A stretch of 64,000 nucleotides of DNA from Candidatus Doudnabacteria bacterium (GCA_003151625.1 PLYC01000007.1:81181-145180); one strand, 5' to 3'; shown: positions 1 to 9,716, counted from the first letter of the stretch. Translations and numbers: made by a program. The notes: generated from the letters alone by a model not told the origin.

Positions 1-43
1 GACTAATGAACACGAATGAGAGACAAATAAACACGAATTAAAA

Positions 44-1891
44 ATGTCAATTTTCAGTAAAATCACCCCGGAAGAACTGGAACAAAAGAAGCAGAATCTT
101 AAACAGGCTGAAACCGAACGCGGTTTGAGCTCCAGTTTAGGCGACTTGGAAAAAACTTATCGCGAAGGTTTAACCACGCTAAAAGATTTAATCGCGCCGG
201 CCGCGCTTAAGTTTGACAGCTCATATTTTGAGCTTAACGGCAAATTCGGCAGGAGCTTTTTTGTCCTGGCTTACCCGAGGTTTTTATCCAGCAATTGGCT
301 GTCTTTTATTATCCAGGCCGAGGGCGCGCTGGATTTGTCCATGTTTATTTATCCAATAGATTCGGCGGAGATTTTAAAAAAACTCAAAAGTAAAGTCGGC
401 GAACTTGGCTCGCAAATGGCCATTAACACGGAAAAGGGCATGGTGCGCGATCCAATGCTGGAAACTGCTTACAAGGACGTGGAAGGTCTGCGGGACAGTT
501 TAATGCAGGGTACGGAAAAATATTTCCGGTTTGCTTTGTATTTTACAATTTACGCCACGGACTTAAAAGAGCTGGATAAATTTTCCAGCACCCTGGAAAG
601 CTCCCTGGGTTCCAAGTTAATTGTAACCAAGCGCGCGCTAATGCAAACCCAGAATGGGCTGAATTCCACTTTGCCTTTGGGTATGGACGAGCTGGATGTG
701 GCCAATAATATGAATACCAGCCCGCTGTCCTCCTGTTTCCCGTTTGTATCTTCGGACTTAACCAGCAACGACGGAATTTTGTACGGCATTAACCGCCACA
801 ACAACAGCCTTATTTTGTTTGACCGTTTTGCCATGGAAAACGCCAATTCCGTGGTTTTTGCCAAATCCGGCGCCGGGAAATCGTATGCCGTAAAATTGGA
901 AGTTTTGCGCAGTTTAATGGTAGGCACGGACGTCATAATTGTGGATCCGGAAAATGAATACCAGCATTTGGCCTCGGCCGTGGGCGGTACCTATTTGAGC
1001 GTGTCCTTAAATTCAGCCTCGCGCATTAACCCGTTCGATTTGCCCGTGGCCATAGAGGGAGAAAGCAATGCCGATGTTTTACGCACCGCCGTTATTAACT
1101 TGCTAGGTCTGTTTAGTCTTATGATAGGCAAGTTAAATCCCACGGAAGAAGCCTTAATGGATAAGGCTCTTTGGCAGACTTTTGCCAAAAAAGACATCAC
1201 TCCCGATTTGGCGGATTTTCGCGGAATGGAATATCCGACTATGAACGACTTGGTAGAAATTTTGAACAACATGGTCGGGGCGGAAAATTTGGGACAGCGC
1301 CTGACCAAATATACCGAAGGCACTTTTGGCGGCCTGCTTAACCAGCAGACCAATGTGGTGTTAAATAATCAGTTGGTGGTGTTTTCCATCCGCGATTTGG
1401 AAGAGGAACTCCGGCCAATAGCTATGTATATTATTTTAAATTATATTTGGAATATTGTGCGCAGTGAACTCAAAAAACGCATTTTGGCGGTTGACGAAGC
1501 CTGGATTTTAATGCAGCACGAAGATTCGGCAAGGTTTTTGTTCGGCATTGCCAAACGCGCGCGCAAATATTATTTGGGTCTGACTACTATTACCCAGGAC
1601 GTGGCCGATTTTTTGGCCAGCCCTTACGGCAAACCCATTGTTACCAACTCCTCCATTCAAATGCTGCTTAAACAGAGCCCTGCGGCTATTAATGTTATTG
1701 CCGAAACTTTCTTTTTAACCGAAGGTGAAAAGTATTTGCTGCTTGAAAGCGAAGTCGGCGAAGGGATATTTTTCGCGGGTCTGAAGCATGCGGCCATTAA
1801 AATTTACGCCTCTTACGTGGAAGACCAAATTATTACCACCGACCCCAAACAGCTTTTACAAATTCAGGACAGCCAGGATAAGCTAAATTAA
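44..1891 (+). CDS. VirB4/TrbE-family type IV secretion / conjugative-transfer ATPase (short form)
   Basis: 615 aa. Walker A motif AKSGAGKS, a later DEAW-type Walker B motif, and the overall VirB4 (DUF87/AAA-10) layout. Immediately followed by a large membrane protein. Confidence 0.7.
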   Translation: MSIFSKITPEELEQKKQNLKQAETERGLSSSLGDLEKTYREGLTTLKDLIAPAALKFDSSYFELNGKFGRSFFVLAYPRFLSSNWLSFIIQAEGALDLSMFIYPIDSAEILKKLKSKVGELGSQMAINTEKGMVRDPMLETAYKDVEGLRDSLMQGTEKYFRFALYFTIYATDLKELDKFSSTLESSLGSKLIVTKRALMQTQNGLNSTLPLGMDELDVANNMNTSPLSSCFPFVSSDLTSNDGILYGINRHNNSLILFDRFAMENANSVVFAKSGAGKSYAVKLEVLRSLMVGTDVIIVDPENEYQHLASAVGGTYLSVSLNSASRINPFDLPVAIEGESNADVLRTAVINLLGLFSLMIGKLNPTEEALMDKALWQTFAKKDITPDLADFRGMEYPTMNDLVEILNNMVGAENLGQRLTKYTEGTFGGLLNQQTNVVLNNQLVVFSIRDLEEELRPIAMYIILNYIWNIVRSELKKRILAVDEAWILMQHEDSARFLFGIAKRARKYYLGLTTITQDVADFLASPYGKPIVTNSSIQMLLKQSPAAINVIAETFFLTEGEKYLLLESEVGEGIFFAGLKHAAIKIYASYVEDQIITTDPKQLLQIQDSQDKLN

Positions 1892-1982
1892 TTTTCAATT
1901 AACAATTTTCAATTTTCAATCAAACCGCGAAATATCGCGGAGCAATTGAAAATTGCTAAATGAAAATTGAAAATTTTTTATT
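1892..1982. terminator. Long imperfect inverted repeat / hairpin between the VirB4-like gene and the giant protein gene
   Basis: caattttcaattttcaat ... ccgcgaaatatcgcgg (perfect palindrome) ... attgaaaattg...gaaaattgaaaat followed by a T-run. Confidence 0.4.
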
Positions 1983-4900
1983 ATGGCAACCCTTACTCCA
2001 ACTCAAAATTCTGCCGATGTTGAAAACCAAAAAGCCGGCGGGCGGGCCGGCGGACAAAATAGCGGCGGCAAGCAGTCTGGAACCTGGTCTATTCCCGGTT
2101 ATTTTTTTCTGGGTAGTAGGAGAATTGCAATAACCGAAATCAGGGTTAATAATGTTTCTATTCATCCTAATAATACTGGAGGGATCCGTCTTAAACACAA
2201 CGATAGAGTAACGTTTATAGGCTCCGGTTTGGAAATTTATAATGAGGCTGGGTTTTTAGGGGAAGGTTCAGGCGCAAGCTTAAAAAATATTTTAATCGCC
2301 CCGGAATCCGGTGGTTCAAAGCTTAGTTTTACGGTCCCGGATTTTGACAATAGCATAAAGGACGGCGGATATTTTTGGTTAAAATTATTTAGTAAAGTCT
2401 CCCGGGCGCAAAAGGTAATTGCGCCTTATTTGGTTTATGGGGTCGAGGAGACAGAAGAACAGAAGAAGCAGAAAAAGATATCAGAAGAAGAGGATAAAAT
2501 TAAAGGCCTAAAAACTGTCTTAACGCCCGGCCCAACGTCTCTGGTAATGGGTGCGATGGGTGGAGTTATCGGAGTGATAGCCAAGGCTACAGCCGGGATT
2601 GGCGGCAAGTCCGAAGCGGACAAAACAACTCCGGGCGGGAGGACAACGGTTCCCGGTGGAAAAGAAGTTGGATTAGGCGGAAAGTCTGGACAATCGGATG
2701 GTAAATCTGCGGGTGGGGCTGGAGCGGTGCCATCACCGGTTTTGGCTGGTCAGGCAGATGACGATTCCGACATGGACGAAGGTGATTTTGAACCTGCCGG
2801 GGAACTGGAAAAACCGGTAGAGACGTTTACGGAAACTTCTCAGCAAAGCGGGGAAACGGTGGCTGATTTTTTGCGCGAAAATTCGCAAATTACAGTGGGC
2901 CCCAAAGTGTTAGCGGCTCTGCAAAGCGGCAAACTGGAAAATTTAACGGAAAGTGAAAAAGTCAGCTTGGAGTCCGTAATTAAATCTGTTGCCTCGGGTC
3001 AGGGCGGCACTCCTTTGGAAGTTATGGCCGCGGCACAACGGGTTATTGAGTCGGTTGCCAGTCAGACAGTTACCAGTCAGGCAGAAAATCAGCCGGAAGT
3101 TAAAGCTGTTGATCAAGCACTTGGTGAAGCAGTAAAACAACCTTTAGTTCAAAGCGAAGTCAAAACATCCGCGGATTCCGGTCAAACCGCGAGCCAAAGC
3201 GCCAAGATTGTAGCAAAATTTTTACGGGAAAATCCCCAAATTAAAGTTGATGCTAAAGTTCTAGCGGCATTGCAAAGTGGCGATTTAAGCAAGTTAACAG
3301 CCCAGGAAGTATCAAGTCTAAAAAGTATAATGAGCGTAATGGCTCAAGGCCAAGGCGAAGCGACAGCTGAAGTAATGGCCGCGGTGCAAATGGTTGCGCG
3401 GGTTGTTACAGGCACAATTTCGGCTACAGTTACCGGAATGGGAGCAGTAAGCGGCACTGTCAGCTCAAAGGCCGTTAGTACGTCGGAAGTTAGCGCTGAT
3501 ATTTCTTCACAAACTTCCGGTGCTGTAAGCGGTACGGCTAAAGTTAGAGGTGGCGCGACATCGCAAATTTCCGGCACAGTAGAAAAAACTGTATCCTCTG
3601 AAGCAGGAGTTAAAACTGGAGGTTCGGTTAAGGTTGAAGGTGGGGCTAAAATTTCCGGACAACAGCAAGCCTCGGCAGGCGGCCGAGTGTCATCTGAGGC
3701 TGAAATAAACGCTAAATCGGAAACAGAAGTTGCCGCTCAAGGTTCGGCTAAGGCTGAAGCCACATCGGAATCCTCGGTTTCTTCCAAGTCCGAAGAGAGT
3801 TCAAAAGTTGGGGCTACAACCAATGCTGAGAAAAAAGTTTCGGGAAGCGAAGGAGGTGAAGTAGGAAAAATTGCCGTTTCCGGAGAATTGGGAACCGAAC
3901 CTAACCAAGTTAGTCCGCAAGGACTCACAGCAGATGGTAAATTGACTGCAGACATCGACACGAATTTAAAATCCACTCTAAAACCGGAAACCGGCGAGGG
4001 TTCAGAGAATTTGGAGGAACCACAGCCGTCTTTGGGAAAAGGCGCGGTTGATGGCATAAGTGTTGAAAAGGAGACTGCAGGCCAGCCTGAGGAAGAAGCC
4101 GCGTCAGAAATAAAAACAACAGCAGTTTCAAAACAAACTCCGGCCGCGACTAAGCCACGGGCTAAATCGGAAGCTGAAATAAAACAGCCGCAGACCGGCG
4201 GGGGAGCTTCGGACATTGCGAAGCGTCTAAAGGAAAGAGGCTTGGAATTAGAATTGACTTTGCGCGGAAAACTTGCCGGGCCGTCTTTAAATGTTTCTGA
4301 TCAAAAGCAAAAACCTGCCGCAGGACAGAAAGGGGAAGGCGCCCCAAGTCAGCAACAGCCGATTCTTTCGAAAACCGGGACATCAAAGGAACGCGGAATG
4401 TCCGCACCATTGGGTGATTTGCCAGGGTCAAATAGGCAAGATGGCCAAGAATCAGCAGGCCGCGCAATTGATTCCGCAAATCGGCCGAAGGAACCGTCGG
4501 CGGGTGATGGGAAAAAATCTCAGGCCGAGGCACAAGATCAGGCGCCTGATGCATCATCGAGCAATGGTGGCGGTGGTTTACCGGGGTCGCCACCCGAAAA
4601 GGGAGAGACGCGAGACTTAGAACCATCAAGCGGATCGGCTTTGCCACCTTCGGAGAGCAATCGCGATCAGGGTAATGTTTTTAAAGATCCAAGAGGTGCC
4701 GGTGATATGTTTGGTGAAGCTTTGAAAGGTGACGTTAGTCCAAACCCCGCTGCTTACCCTACCGCAAGAAGACAGATAGATTTGGCAGGCAAAGGCATTG
4801 GCAAGGCTTCCAGCAAAATTTGGTATTACGGTTTTGGTTCGGCTACGGCAACTTTTTTTACAGGCGCGGATTTTATGCTCGGCGCCGTGGTTATGGATGC

Positions 4901-5198
4901 TTATTGGCTGTTTGGACACAAAAAAAATCCCGAACTGTTTCCCTTAAAAGGATGGCAGAAGGCTGTTACCGTTGCCGCCAATGTTATTCCGCCAATCTTG
5001 ATTATGCTGATTTTTGCTTTAATAATGGCCGTGGGGTGCAACTATCCTTTACCGATTAAAACATCAGCCGGTAATAGTTACCGCCTTACAGTTATTGGAG
5101 CGTTTATTGGCGATGACTGTAAATATTTTGATGTTTCAAATATAACAGCATCAAACACCACTCCCGCCTCAACCCAATCAGGCTCACAAAAACCCTAG
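1983..5198 (+). CDS. Giant repetitive surface/membrane protein (A/S/T/E/G-rich) with C-terminal transmembrane segments; possible T4SS/pilus-associated partner of the VirB4-like ATPase
   Basis: 1071 aa with a low-complexity core. It contains a ~70-aa internal tandem duplication (ADFLRENSQITVGPKVLAALQSGKLENLTESEKVSLESV... then AKFLRENPQIKVDAKVLAALQSGDLSKLTAQEVSSLKSIM...). Two or three hydrophobic helices lie in the last ~130 aa. Confidence 0.6.
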   Translation: MATLTPTQNSADVENQKAGGRAGGQNSGGKQSGTWSIPGYFFLGSRRIAITEIRVNNVSIHPNNTGGIRLKHNDRVTFIGSGLEIYNEAGFLGEGSGASLKNILIAPESGGSKLSFTVPDFDNSIKDGGYFWLKLFSKVSRAQKVIAPYLVYGVEETEEQKKQKKISEEEDKIKGLKTVLTPGPTSLVMGAMGGVIGVIAKATAGIGGKSEADKTTPGGRTTVPGGKEVGLGGKSGQSDGKSAGGAGAVPSPVLAGQADDDSDMDEGDFEPAGELEKPVETFTETSQQSGETVADFLRENSQITVGPKVLAALQSGKLENLTESEKVSLESVIKSVASGQGGTPLEVMAAAQRVIESVASQTVTSQAENQPEVKAVDQALGEAVKQPLVQSEVKTSADSGQTASQSAKIVAKFLRENPQIKVDAKVLAALQSGDLSKLTAQEVSSLKSIMSVMAQGQGEATAEVMAAVQMVARVVTGTISATVTGMGAVSGTVSSKAVSTSEVSADISSQTSGAVSGTAKVRGGATSQISGTVEKTVSSEAGVKTGGSVKVEGGAKISGQQQASAGGRVSSEAEINAKSETEVAAQGSAKAEATSESSVSSKSEESSKVGATTNAEKKVSGSEGGEVGKIAVSGELGTEPNQVSPQGLTADGKLTADIDTNLKSTLKPETGEGSENLEEPQPSLGKGAVDGISVEKETAGQPEEEAASEIKTTAVSKQTPAATKPRAKSEAEIKQPQTGGGASDIAKRLKERGLELELTLRGKLAGPSLNVSDQKQKPAAGQKGEGAPSQQQPILSKTGTSKERGMSAPLGDLPGSNRQDGQESAGRAIDSANRPKEPSAGDGKKSQAEAQDQAPDASSSNGGGGLPGSPPEKGETRDLEPSSGSALPPSESNRDQGNVFKDPRGAGDMFGEALKGDVSPNPAAYPTARRQIDLAGKGIGKASSKIWYYGFGSATATFFTGADFMLGAVVMDAYWLFGHKKNPELFPLKGWQKAVTVAANVIPPILIMLIFALIMAVGCNYPLPIKTSAGNSYRLTVIGAFIGDDCKYFDVSNITASNTTPASTQSGSQKP

Positions 5199-5294
5199 CG
5201 TTCTTATTACAAGCCTAGAGCCATAATATTGCAGGATATCAGCGTATTTTGCTTTAACCGACAAACTGCCGGCTGGCACAAGTTGCTCCCAGCC

Positions 5295-5323
5295 TTGACA
5301 GGTTTTTTAAAATTTTATAAACT
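5295..5323 (+). promoter_or_regulatory. sigma70-like promoter for the AbrB/RelE toxin-antitoxin operon
   Basis: TTGACA, then a 17-nt spacer, then TAAACT. Confidence 0.5.
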
Positions 5324-5326
5324 ATA

Positions 5327-5349
5327 GTTGAACTGTTCAATCGTTCAAC
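5327..5349. promoter_or_regulatory. Palindromic candidate operator (ttgaac-t-gttcaa plus a gttcaac half-site repeat) in front of the antitoxin gene
   Basis: 13-bp perfect palindrome ttgaactgttcaa followed by tcgttcaac. This is the typical position for toxin-antitoxin autoregulation. Confidence 0.45.
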
Positions 5350-5377
5350 TTATCAATTAATCAAAAAGTTTAAATTT

Positions 5378-5665
5378 ATGGTTATTGTTACCGTAAAAAA
5401 TAAATATCAGGTTGTTATTCCACAGAGTTTGCGCAGGCAGGTCGGGGTTAACGTTGGCGATTTAATGGATGCCCAGGTGAAGAAAGGTAAAATAATTTTT
5501 GCCCCAAAAACATTACTGGACCGAGATTTGCTAGATAGTGTGGCCGAAAGTATGGCTGAGTATAAAGCGGGTAAGTTTTATGGTCCATTTGATAACCATA
5601 AAGATTTTATCGCGTCCCTTCATAGGGAAGCAAAAAAACTAAAAAAAGCTCGCAAACAAAAATAG
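5378..5665 (+). CDS. AbrB/MazE/SpoVT-family antitoxin
   Basis: 95 aa. N-terminal swapped-hairpin motif VVIPQSLRRQVGVNVGD. Lies 2 nt upstream of a RelE-like gene. Confidence 0.7.
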   Translation: MVIVTVKNKYQVVIPQSLRRQVGVNVGDLMDAQVKKGKIIFAPKTLLDRDLLDSVAESMAEYKAGKFYGPFDNHKDFIASLHREAKKLKKARKQK

Positions 5666-5667
5666 CC

Positions 5668-5913
5668 ATGAGGCTGGTTTTTACCCCAAAATTTATTAAA
5701 AAGTATGTACAAGCGCCTTCGGAAATTCAACGGGCTTTTGATAAACAAAGCAAATTTTTATTATTCAATATTCGCTACCCTTCTCTTTACGCCAAGAAAT
5801 ATGATGAGAGCGGGGACTTATGGCAGGCGCGGGTTAATCTTGATTGGCGGTTTTATTTTACTATTGAGGGCGATGAGTATCGTCTGCATGATATAAAGGT
5901 TCATTCCAAATGA
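5668..5913 (+). CDS. RelE/ParE-superfamily toxin (type II TA system)
   Basis: 81 aa, with a ...WQARVNLDWRFYFTIEGDEYRLHDIKVH C-terminus typical of RelE/ParE. Tightly coupled to the upstream antitoxin gene. Confidence 0.65.
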   Translation: MRLVFTPKFIKKYVQAPSEIQRAFDKQSKFLLFNIRYPSLYAKKYDESGDLWQARVNLDWRFYFTIEGDEYRLHDIKVHSK

Positions 5914-6086
5914 TTATATTAGAGCGTAGCACGCCAATTTATCGGTTGGGTTATATAAAAAACAGCCCATAAATGGGCACGCTACATTTAGAATGTTATT
6001 AAGTTCCACCTGCCAATTTTGCGGATTGACAAAAATATGCTACAATAATATCAAATTTAGACAATTATTTTCGTAACAAAAATAAA

Positions 6087-7253
6087 ATGAACAAAAAAGC
6101 TATTGCCATTTTGGGGGCCATTTTCCTGTTGATTGTGGGAACTTTGGGATTTTTAATATATTCCAAGTATTCGGGCAGTAAAACTCCAGCCCCGGCTCCA
6201 GCCGCTGTAAATAACAACGCAACATCCACCGATACCAGCCAGCCAACACCAACAAACACAGCTTCCAGCACGCCACAAACCCAAAACAATTCGTCGAATA
6301 TTGTACAACTCACTTCGGATCAAGTTGTCTCGCCGGCATTATTTTTTAACGGCACGGGCATAAGTTATTTCGACCACCAGGGGAATTTGTACCAGGCTAC
6401 TTTACAAAATAATAACGGCCAGTTGCAGTTAACATCAAAAAAACAGCTTGATATACCTTTGAAGCCGGGTATGACTAAAATTTTATGGCCGTCCAAAGGT
6501 AACGACTTTATTGCTCAGTTTACGGATGCCAGCGGCAAAAATACCTGGAGCTACTTTAACAGCAATTCCGGCAGTTATACCAATTTGCCCAGCCAGGTGG
6601 AATCTGTTGACTGGATGCCCACAGGGGACAAAGTTATGTATGTATGGTTGGATAACAACAAGGCCGCTTTAAGCCTGGGAAATCCCGACACCAGTAAACA
6701 TCAAACCCTTGGCGCGATGTGGGAAATCGACGACCAGATACATGTGTCGCCAAACGGTTCGCAAGTGTTATATTTTGAAACCCAAAACACCTCGGCCAAC
6801 AATTTTATTAATTCCGTAAGTTCGGACGGCAAAACGTGGAAAGGGCTGGTAAAAAACGGCCAGAATTTTGGCAGTTTGTGGAGTCCGGACGGGCAAAAGT
6901 TTTTGTTTGGTAAAAAGGATCCCAGCACGCAGAATTATCAGCTTTGGGTCTATAACCTAAATTCCGGGGAAATTAAAAATTTGGGGTTGTTTACAACCGT
7001 GGATAAGGCGGTCTGGGATAAAGACAGTAATGTGATTTATGCCGCGGTGCCGACTTCCGGAATTATTGGTGACAACAGTCTGACTGTTGACAGTTTTTAC
7101 AAAATGGACACTTCCACTTTGGACAAAAAACAATATACTTCCTCGGGCGCTTCCATAGACGGCAGGGATTTATTCTTAAACTCCACGTCGGATAAATTAT
7201 TTTTCAGGAACGCACAGGACGGGGGATTATATTATTTAGACCTCACACAATAG
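6087..7253 (+). CDS. Secreted/membrane-anchored beta-propeller protein (TolB/PD40-like repeats) with a T/S/P/Q-rich linker
   Basis: N-terminal TM helix, a low-complexity linker, and repeated motifs SPNGSQVLYF and WSPDGQKFLF typical of PD40/TolB-like blades. Confidence 0.5.
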   Translation: MNKKAIAILGAIFLLIVGTLGFLIYSKYSGSKTPAPAPAAVNNNATSTDTSQPTPTNTASSTPQTQNNSSNIVQLTSDQVVSPALFFNGTGISYFDHQGNLYQATLQNNNGQLQLTSKKQLDIPLKPGMTKILWPSKGNDFIAQFTDASGKNTWSYFNSNSGSYTNLPSQVESVDWMPTGDKVMYVWLDNNKAALSLGNPDTSKHQTLGAMWEIDDQIHVSPNGSQVLYFETQNTSANNFINSVSSDGKTWKGLVKNGQNFGSLWSPDGQKFLFGKKDPSTQNYQLWVYNLNSGEIKNLGLFTTVDKAVWDKDSNVIYAAVPTSGIIGDNSLTVDSFYKMDTSTLDKKQYTSSGASIDGRDLFLNSTSDKLFFRNAQDGGLYYLDLTQ

Positions 7254-7435
7254 AACCAGTTTGTTTAAATTATAGTTTAGTTTTTTGAATAAGTCTGTAA
7301 ATTTCTAATTATTTTAATTTCTAATTGACCTAAACAAACCCCAATAACTAATGCAATTAGAAATTGGGTATTGGGATTTGTTTAGAAATTAGGTAAATTA
7401 GAATAATTAGAAATTTTTGTTATAGTATAAAATTT
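7254..7435. repeat. AT-rich iteron-like array (aatttctaatt / aattagaaatt x5) around a central hairpin, upstream of radA
   Basis: Two direct and three inverted copies of an 11-mer are arranged symmetrically around ctaaacaaaccccaata...tattgggatttgtttag. Confidence 0.5.
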
Positions 7436-8758
7436 ATGCCCAAGACTCTAACAATTTTCGTTTGTTCTAATTGCCAATACAAAACTCCGCGCTGGCAGGG
7501 GAAGTGTCAGAATTGCGGGCAGTGGAATACTTTGGAAGAACAGAGGCAAATTTCCAATACCAAATTTCAAATGTCAAATGCGATGGCGCCGGTTGATTTA
7601 GCGTCGCTTGATGTGGATCAGAAGCCCCGGATAAAAACGGGTATTGGGGAATTTGACCAAGTGACCGGCGGCGGTATTGTTCCGGGAAGCCTGATTTTGC
7701 TCGGTGGTGATCCGGGCATTGGCAAATCCACTCTGGCCCTCCAGCTGGCAATGAAAATTGATGCGGAAGTTTTATATGTTTCAGGGGAAGAGTCGGTAAA
7801 CCAAATTAAACTCAGGGCACACCGTATAAATAAAGACCATCGGCTCAACGTTCTTGCCGAGATTTCGCTGGAAACAGTTTTGGCCAGCATCGCCGATCAG
7901 CATCCGGAACTGGTTATTGTCGACTCCATTCAGACAATGTACAGCGAGGAGGTCTCCGGCGTGGCCGGCGGAGTCTCCCAGGTTACCAATGCCGTTCAAC
8001 AAATAATGCGCCTGGCCAAGCAAAACCATATTTCTTTTATTGTTATTGGCCATGTTACCAAAGAAGGCTACTTGGCGGGTCCAAAAACCCTGGAGCATAT
8101 GGTGGATACGGTTTTATATTTGGAAGGGGAGAGGTTTGCCGCTTTTAGGATACTGCGTTGCGTAAAAAATCGTTTTGGCACGACTAATGAAGTCGGCGTG
8201 TTTGAAATGGCCGGAGTTGGGCTGGTGGAAGTTAAAAACCCGTCACAGTTATTTTTGGGCGAAGACAGCATAAAAGCCTCCGGAAACATAATTACTTCCA
8301 TTGTGGAGGGCAATCGCGCGTTGCTTTTGGAAATTCAGGCGCTGACATCGGTCACCAATTTTGGCTACCCAAAGCGCACTACGGCCGGGTTTGATTCCAA
8401 CCGCCTCCAATTGCTCACTGCCATATTAGGCAAGCGCGCGGGGCTGAATTTGAGCAATCAGGACATTTATATCAACGTAGTCGGCGGCCTAAAAATAGAC
8501 GAACCCGCGGCCGACTTAGCCGTAGCCTTAGCCATAGTTTCCAGTTTAAAAGATGTGATAATTCAGGACACCGTCGCGGTAGGCGAGCTCGGCCTCTCCG
8601 GCGAACTCCGTTTTGTGCCGAATTTGGAAAAACGGATTATTGAGGCGGAAAAATTAGGATTCAAAAAAATAATTTGTCCAAAAACAAAAATAACAGGAAA
8701 AAATAAAATTGAGGTCATTCAGGTTAAGACTTTGACGGAAGCTATAAGTAAACTGTAG
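7436..8758 (+). CDS. radA: DNA repair protein RadA/Sms
   Basis: N-terminal C4 zinc finger (CSNCQYKTPRWQGKCQNCGQW), RecA-like Walker A GDPGIGKST, KNRFG motif, and a Lon-like C-terminal domain. Confidence 0.95.
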   Translation: MPKTLTIFVCSNCQYKTPRWQGKCQNCGQWNTLEEQRQISNTKFQMSNAMAPVDLASLDVDQKPRIKTGIGEFDQVTGGGIVPGSLILLGGDPGIGKSTLALQLAMKIDAEVLYVSGEESVNQIKLRAHRINKDHRLNVLAEISLETVLASIADQHPELVIVDSIQTMYSEEVSGVAGGVSQVTNAVQQIMRLAKQNHISFIVIGHVTKEGYLAGPKTLEHMVDTVLYLEGERFAAFRILRCVKNRFGTTNEVGVFEMAGVGLVEVKNPSQLFLGEDSIKASGNIITSIVEGNRALLLEIQALTSVTNFGYPKRTTAGFDSNRLQLLTAILGKRAGLNLSNQDIYINVVGGLKIDEPAADLAVALAIVSSLKDVIIQDTVAVGELGLSGELRFVPNLEKRIIEAEKLGFKKIICPKTKITGKNKIEVIQVKTLTEAISKL

Positions 8759-8826
8759 TTGACCCATTTATGGGCTGTCCGATATATTTATTAGATTTTC
8801 CAGGAGATTGTTTCGGGATGTCCTTG

Positions 8827-8867
8827 CAGTTTCCCCTCCCTTTACGGGAGGGGCTAGGGGAGGGTGA
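8827..8867. repeat. REP-like palindromic element, family 1 (cagtttCCCCTCCCtt-N-acGGGAGGGGctaGGGGAGGGtga)
   Basis: Near-identical copies at 56811-56851 and 57465-57505. Variant copies lie in frame inside the PPDK_N gene. Confidence 0.8.
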
Positions 8868-9060
8868 TGAGTTTGCGATACCATATATAAATACAAGGAC
8901 CGAACGCAGCTCCACCACGTTCGGCCCTGTCAGGTTTCGGGAGCCCCTCGGTTCCCAAAACAAGCCTTTAAAAGCAAATTAGTTCACCCTGGAGCTATCT
9001 GTTAGCCGCACGGAGCTGGCGGCTATGGATGCACTAATTGGCTTTATGGGCTGTTGTGGT

Positions 9061-9603
9061 TTACTTACCCAGAAGTATCCAGCTGAACACAGATGGAGCC
9101 GATGGCATACCGCTCCGCACATTTGCCATTACATCTGGTTGATTCCGTAATACAGTTCGCCTTCTTCGTGGCGTTCTTTTGATTCCGAGGCCGTTTTCAA
9201 ACACTTTGGAGGTAGCAGCCGGAACATCTTCCGTTGGCGGTTCCGGTTCTACCCCTGATGCTTCGGCGGCTTTTACAATGTTGTCGCATCTTATACAATA
9301 CTGTGCCCAAGGTGCGGCATCCAGCCGTTTGAGTTGCAGGTCTTCCTTGCAGTGTGAGCATATGCCGTAGCTACCGTCGGCAATACGAGCCAACGCAGCT
9401 TTGACTTCCTGAAGAAGGACGCTGTCTCGTTTGAGGTTGAGGATGGCGAGTTCGCGTTCGCCAGCCAGTTGGACTTCATCGAGGGCATCGGGAACGCTTT
9501 GAATTGCGATCCCTGCCCTATTCCGGGGAGCCAACGAAAAGGATAACACTATCGCTTTGGCTTCCAGCATTGATTTGTATTTGTTGACTTCGGTTTGCGT
9601 CAT
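9061..9603 (-). CDS. DksA/TraR-family C4 zinc-finger protein (with C-terminal extension)
   Basis: CSHC...(17)...CIRC zinc-finger spacing and a preceding coiled-coil region typical of DksA/TraR. Local GC is higher than the surroundings. Confidence 0.55.
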   Translation of the reverse strand: MTQTEVNKYKSMLEAKAIVLSFSLAPRNRAGIAIQSVPDALDEVQLAGERELAILNLKRDSVLLQEVKAALARIADGSYGICSHCKEDLQLKRLDAAPWAQYCIRCDNIVKAAEASGVEPEPPTEDVPAATSKVFENGLGIKRTPRRRRTVLRNQPDVMANVRSGMPSAPSVFSWILLGK

Positions 9604-9716
9604 TTTTTTTCCGATCGGATTTCAACGAAGAGACGCCTGGTTCTAAACCACGCATCCTCCGTCAATTTAGAAAATTATGACATTTTTTATAATATGGTTT
9701 TTGGAATATCCAAAGT

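Noticed and set aside
2435-4919. Multiple 60-160-aa ORFs on both strands inside the 1071-aa gene (e.g. 3737-4216, 4162-4647, 4291-4620)
   Set aside because: These are shadow ORFs produced by the repetitive GC-richer coding sequence of the giant protein. They have no independent signals.
8770-8982. 70-aa ORF in the radA-dksA spacer
   Set aside because: It is read straight through the REP family 1 palindrome (hence the GEGDEF-like low-complexity peptide) and has no RBS.
9061-9300. Frameshift or pseudogenisation of the DksA-like gene, given its ~60-aa C-terminal tail beyond the zinc finger
   Set aside because: No stop or frame break is visible. The tail may be a genuine low-complexity extension and cannot be resolved from sequence alone.
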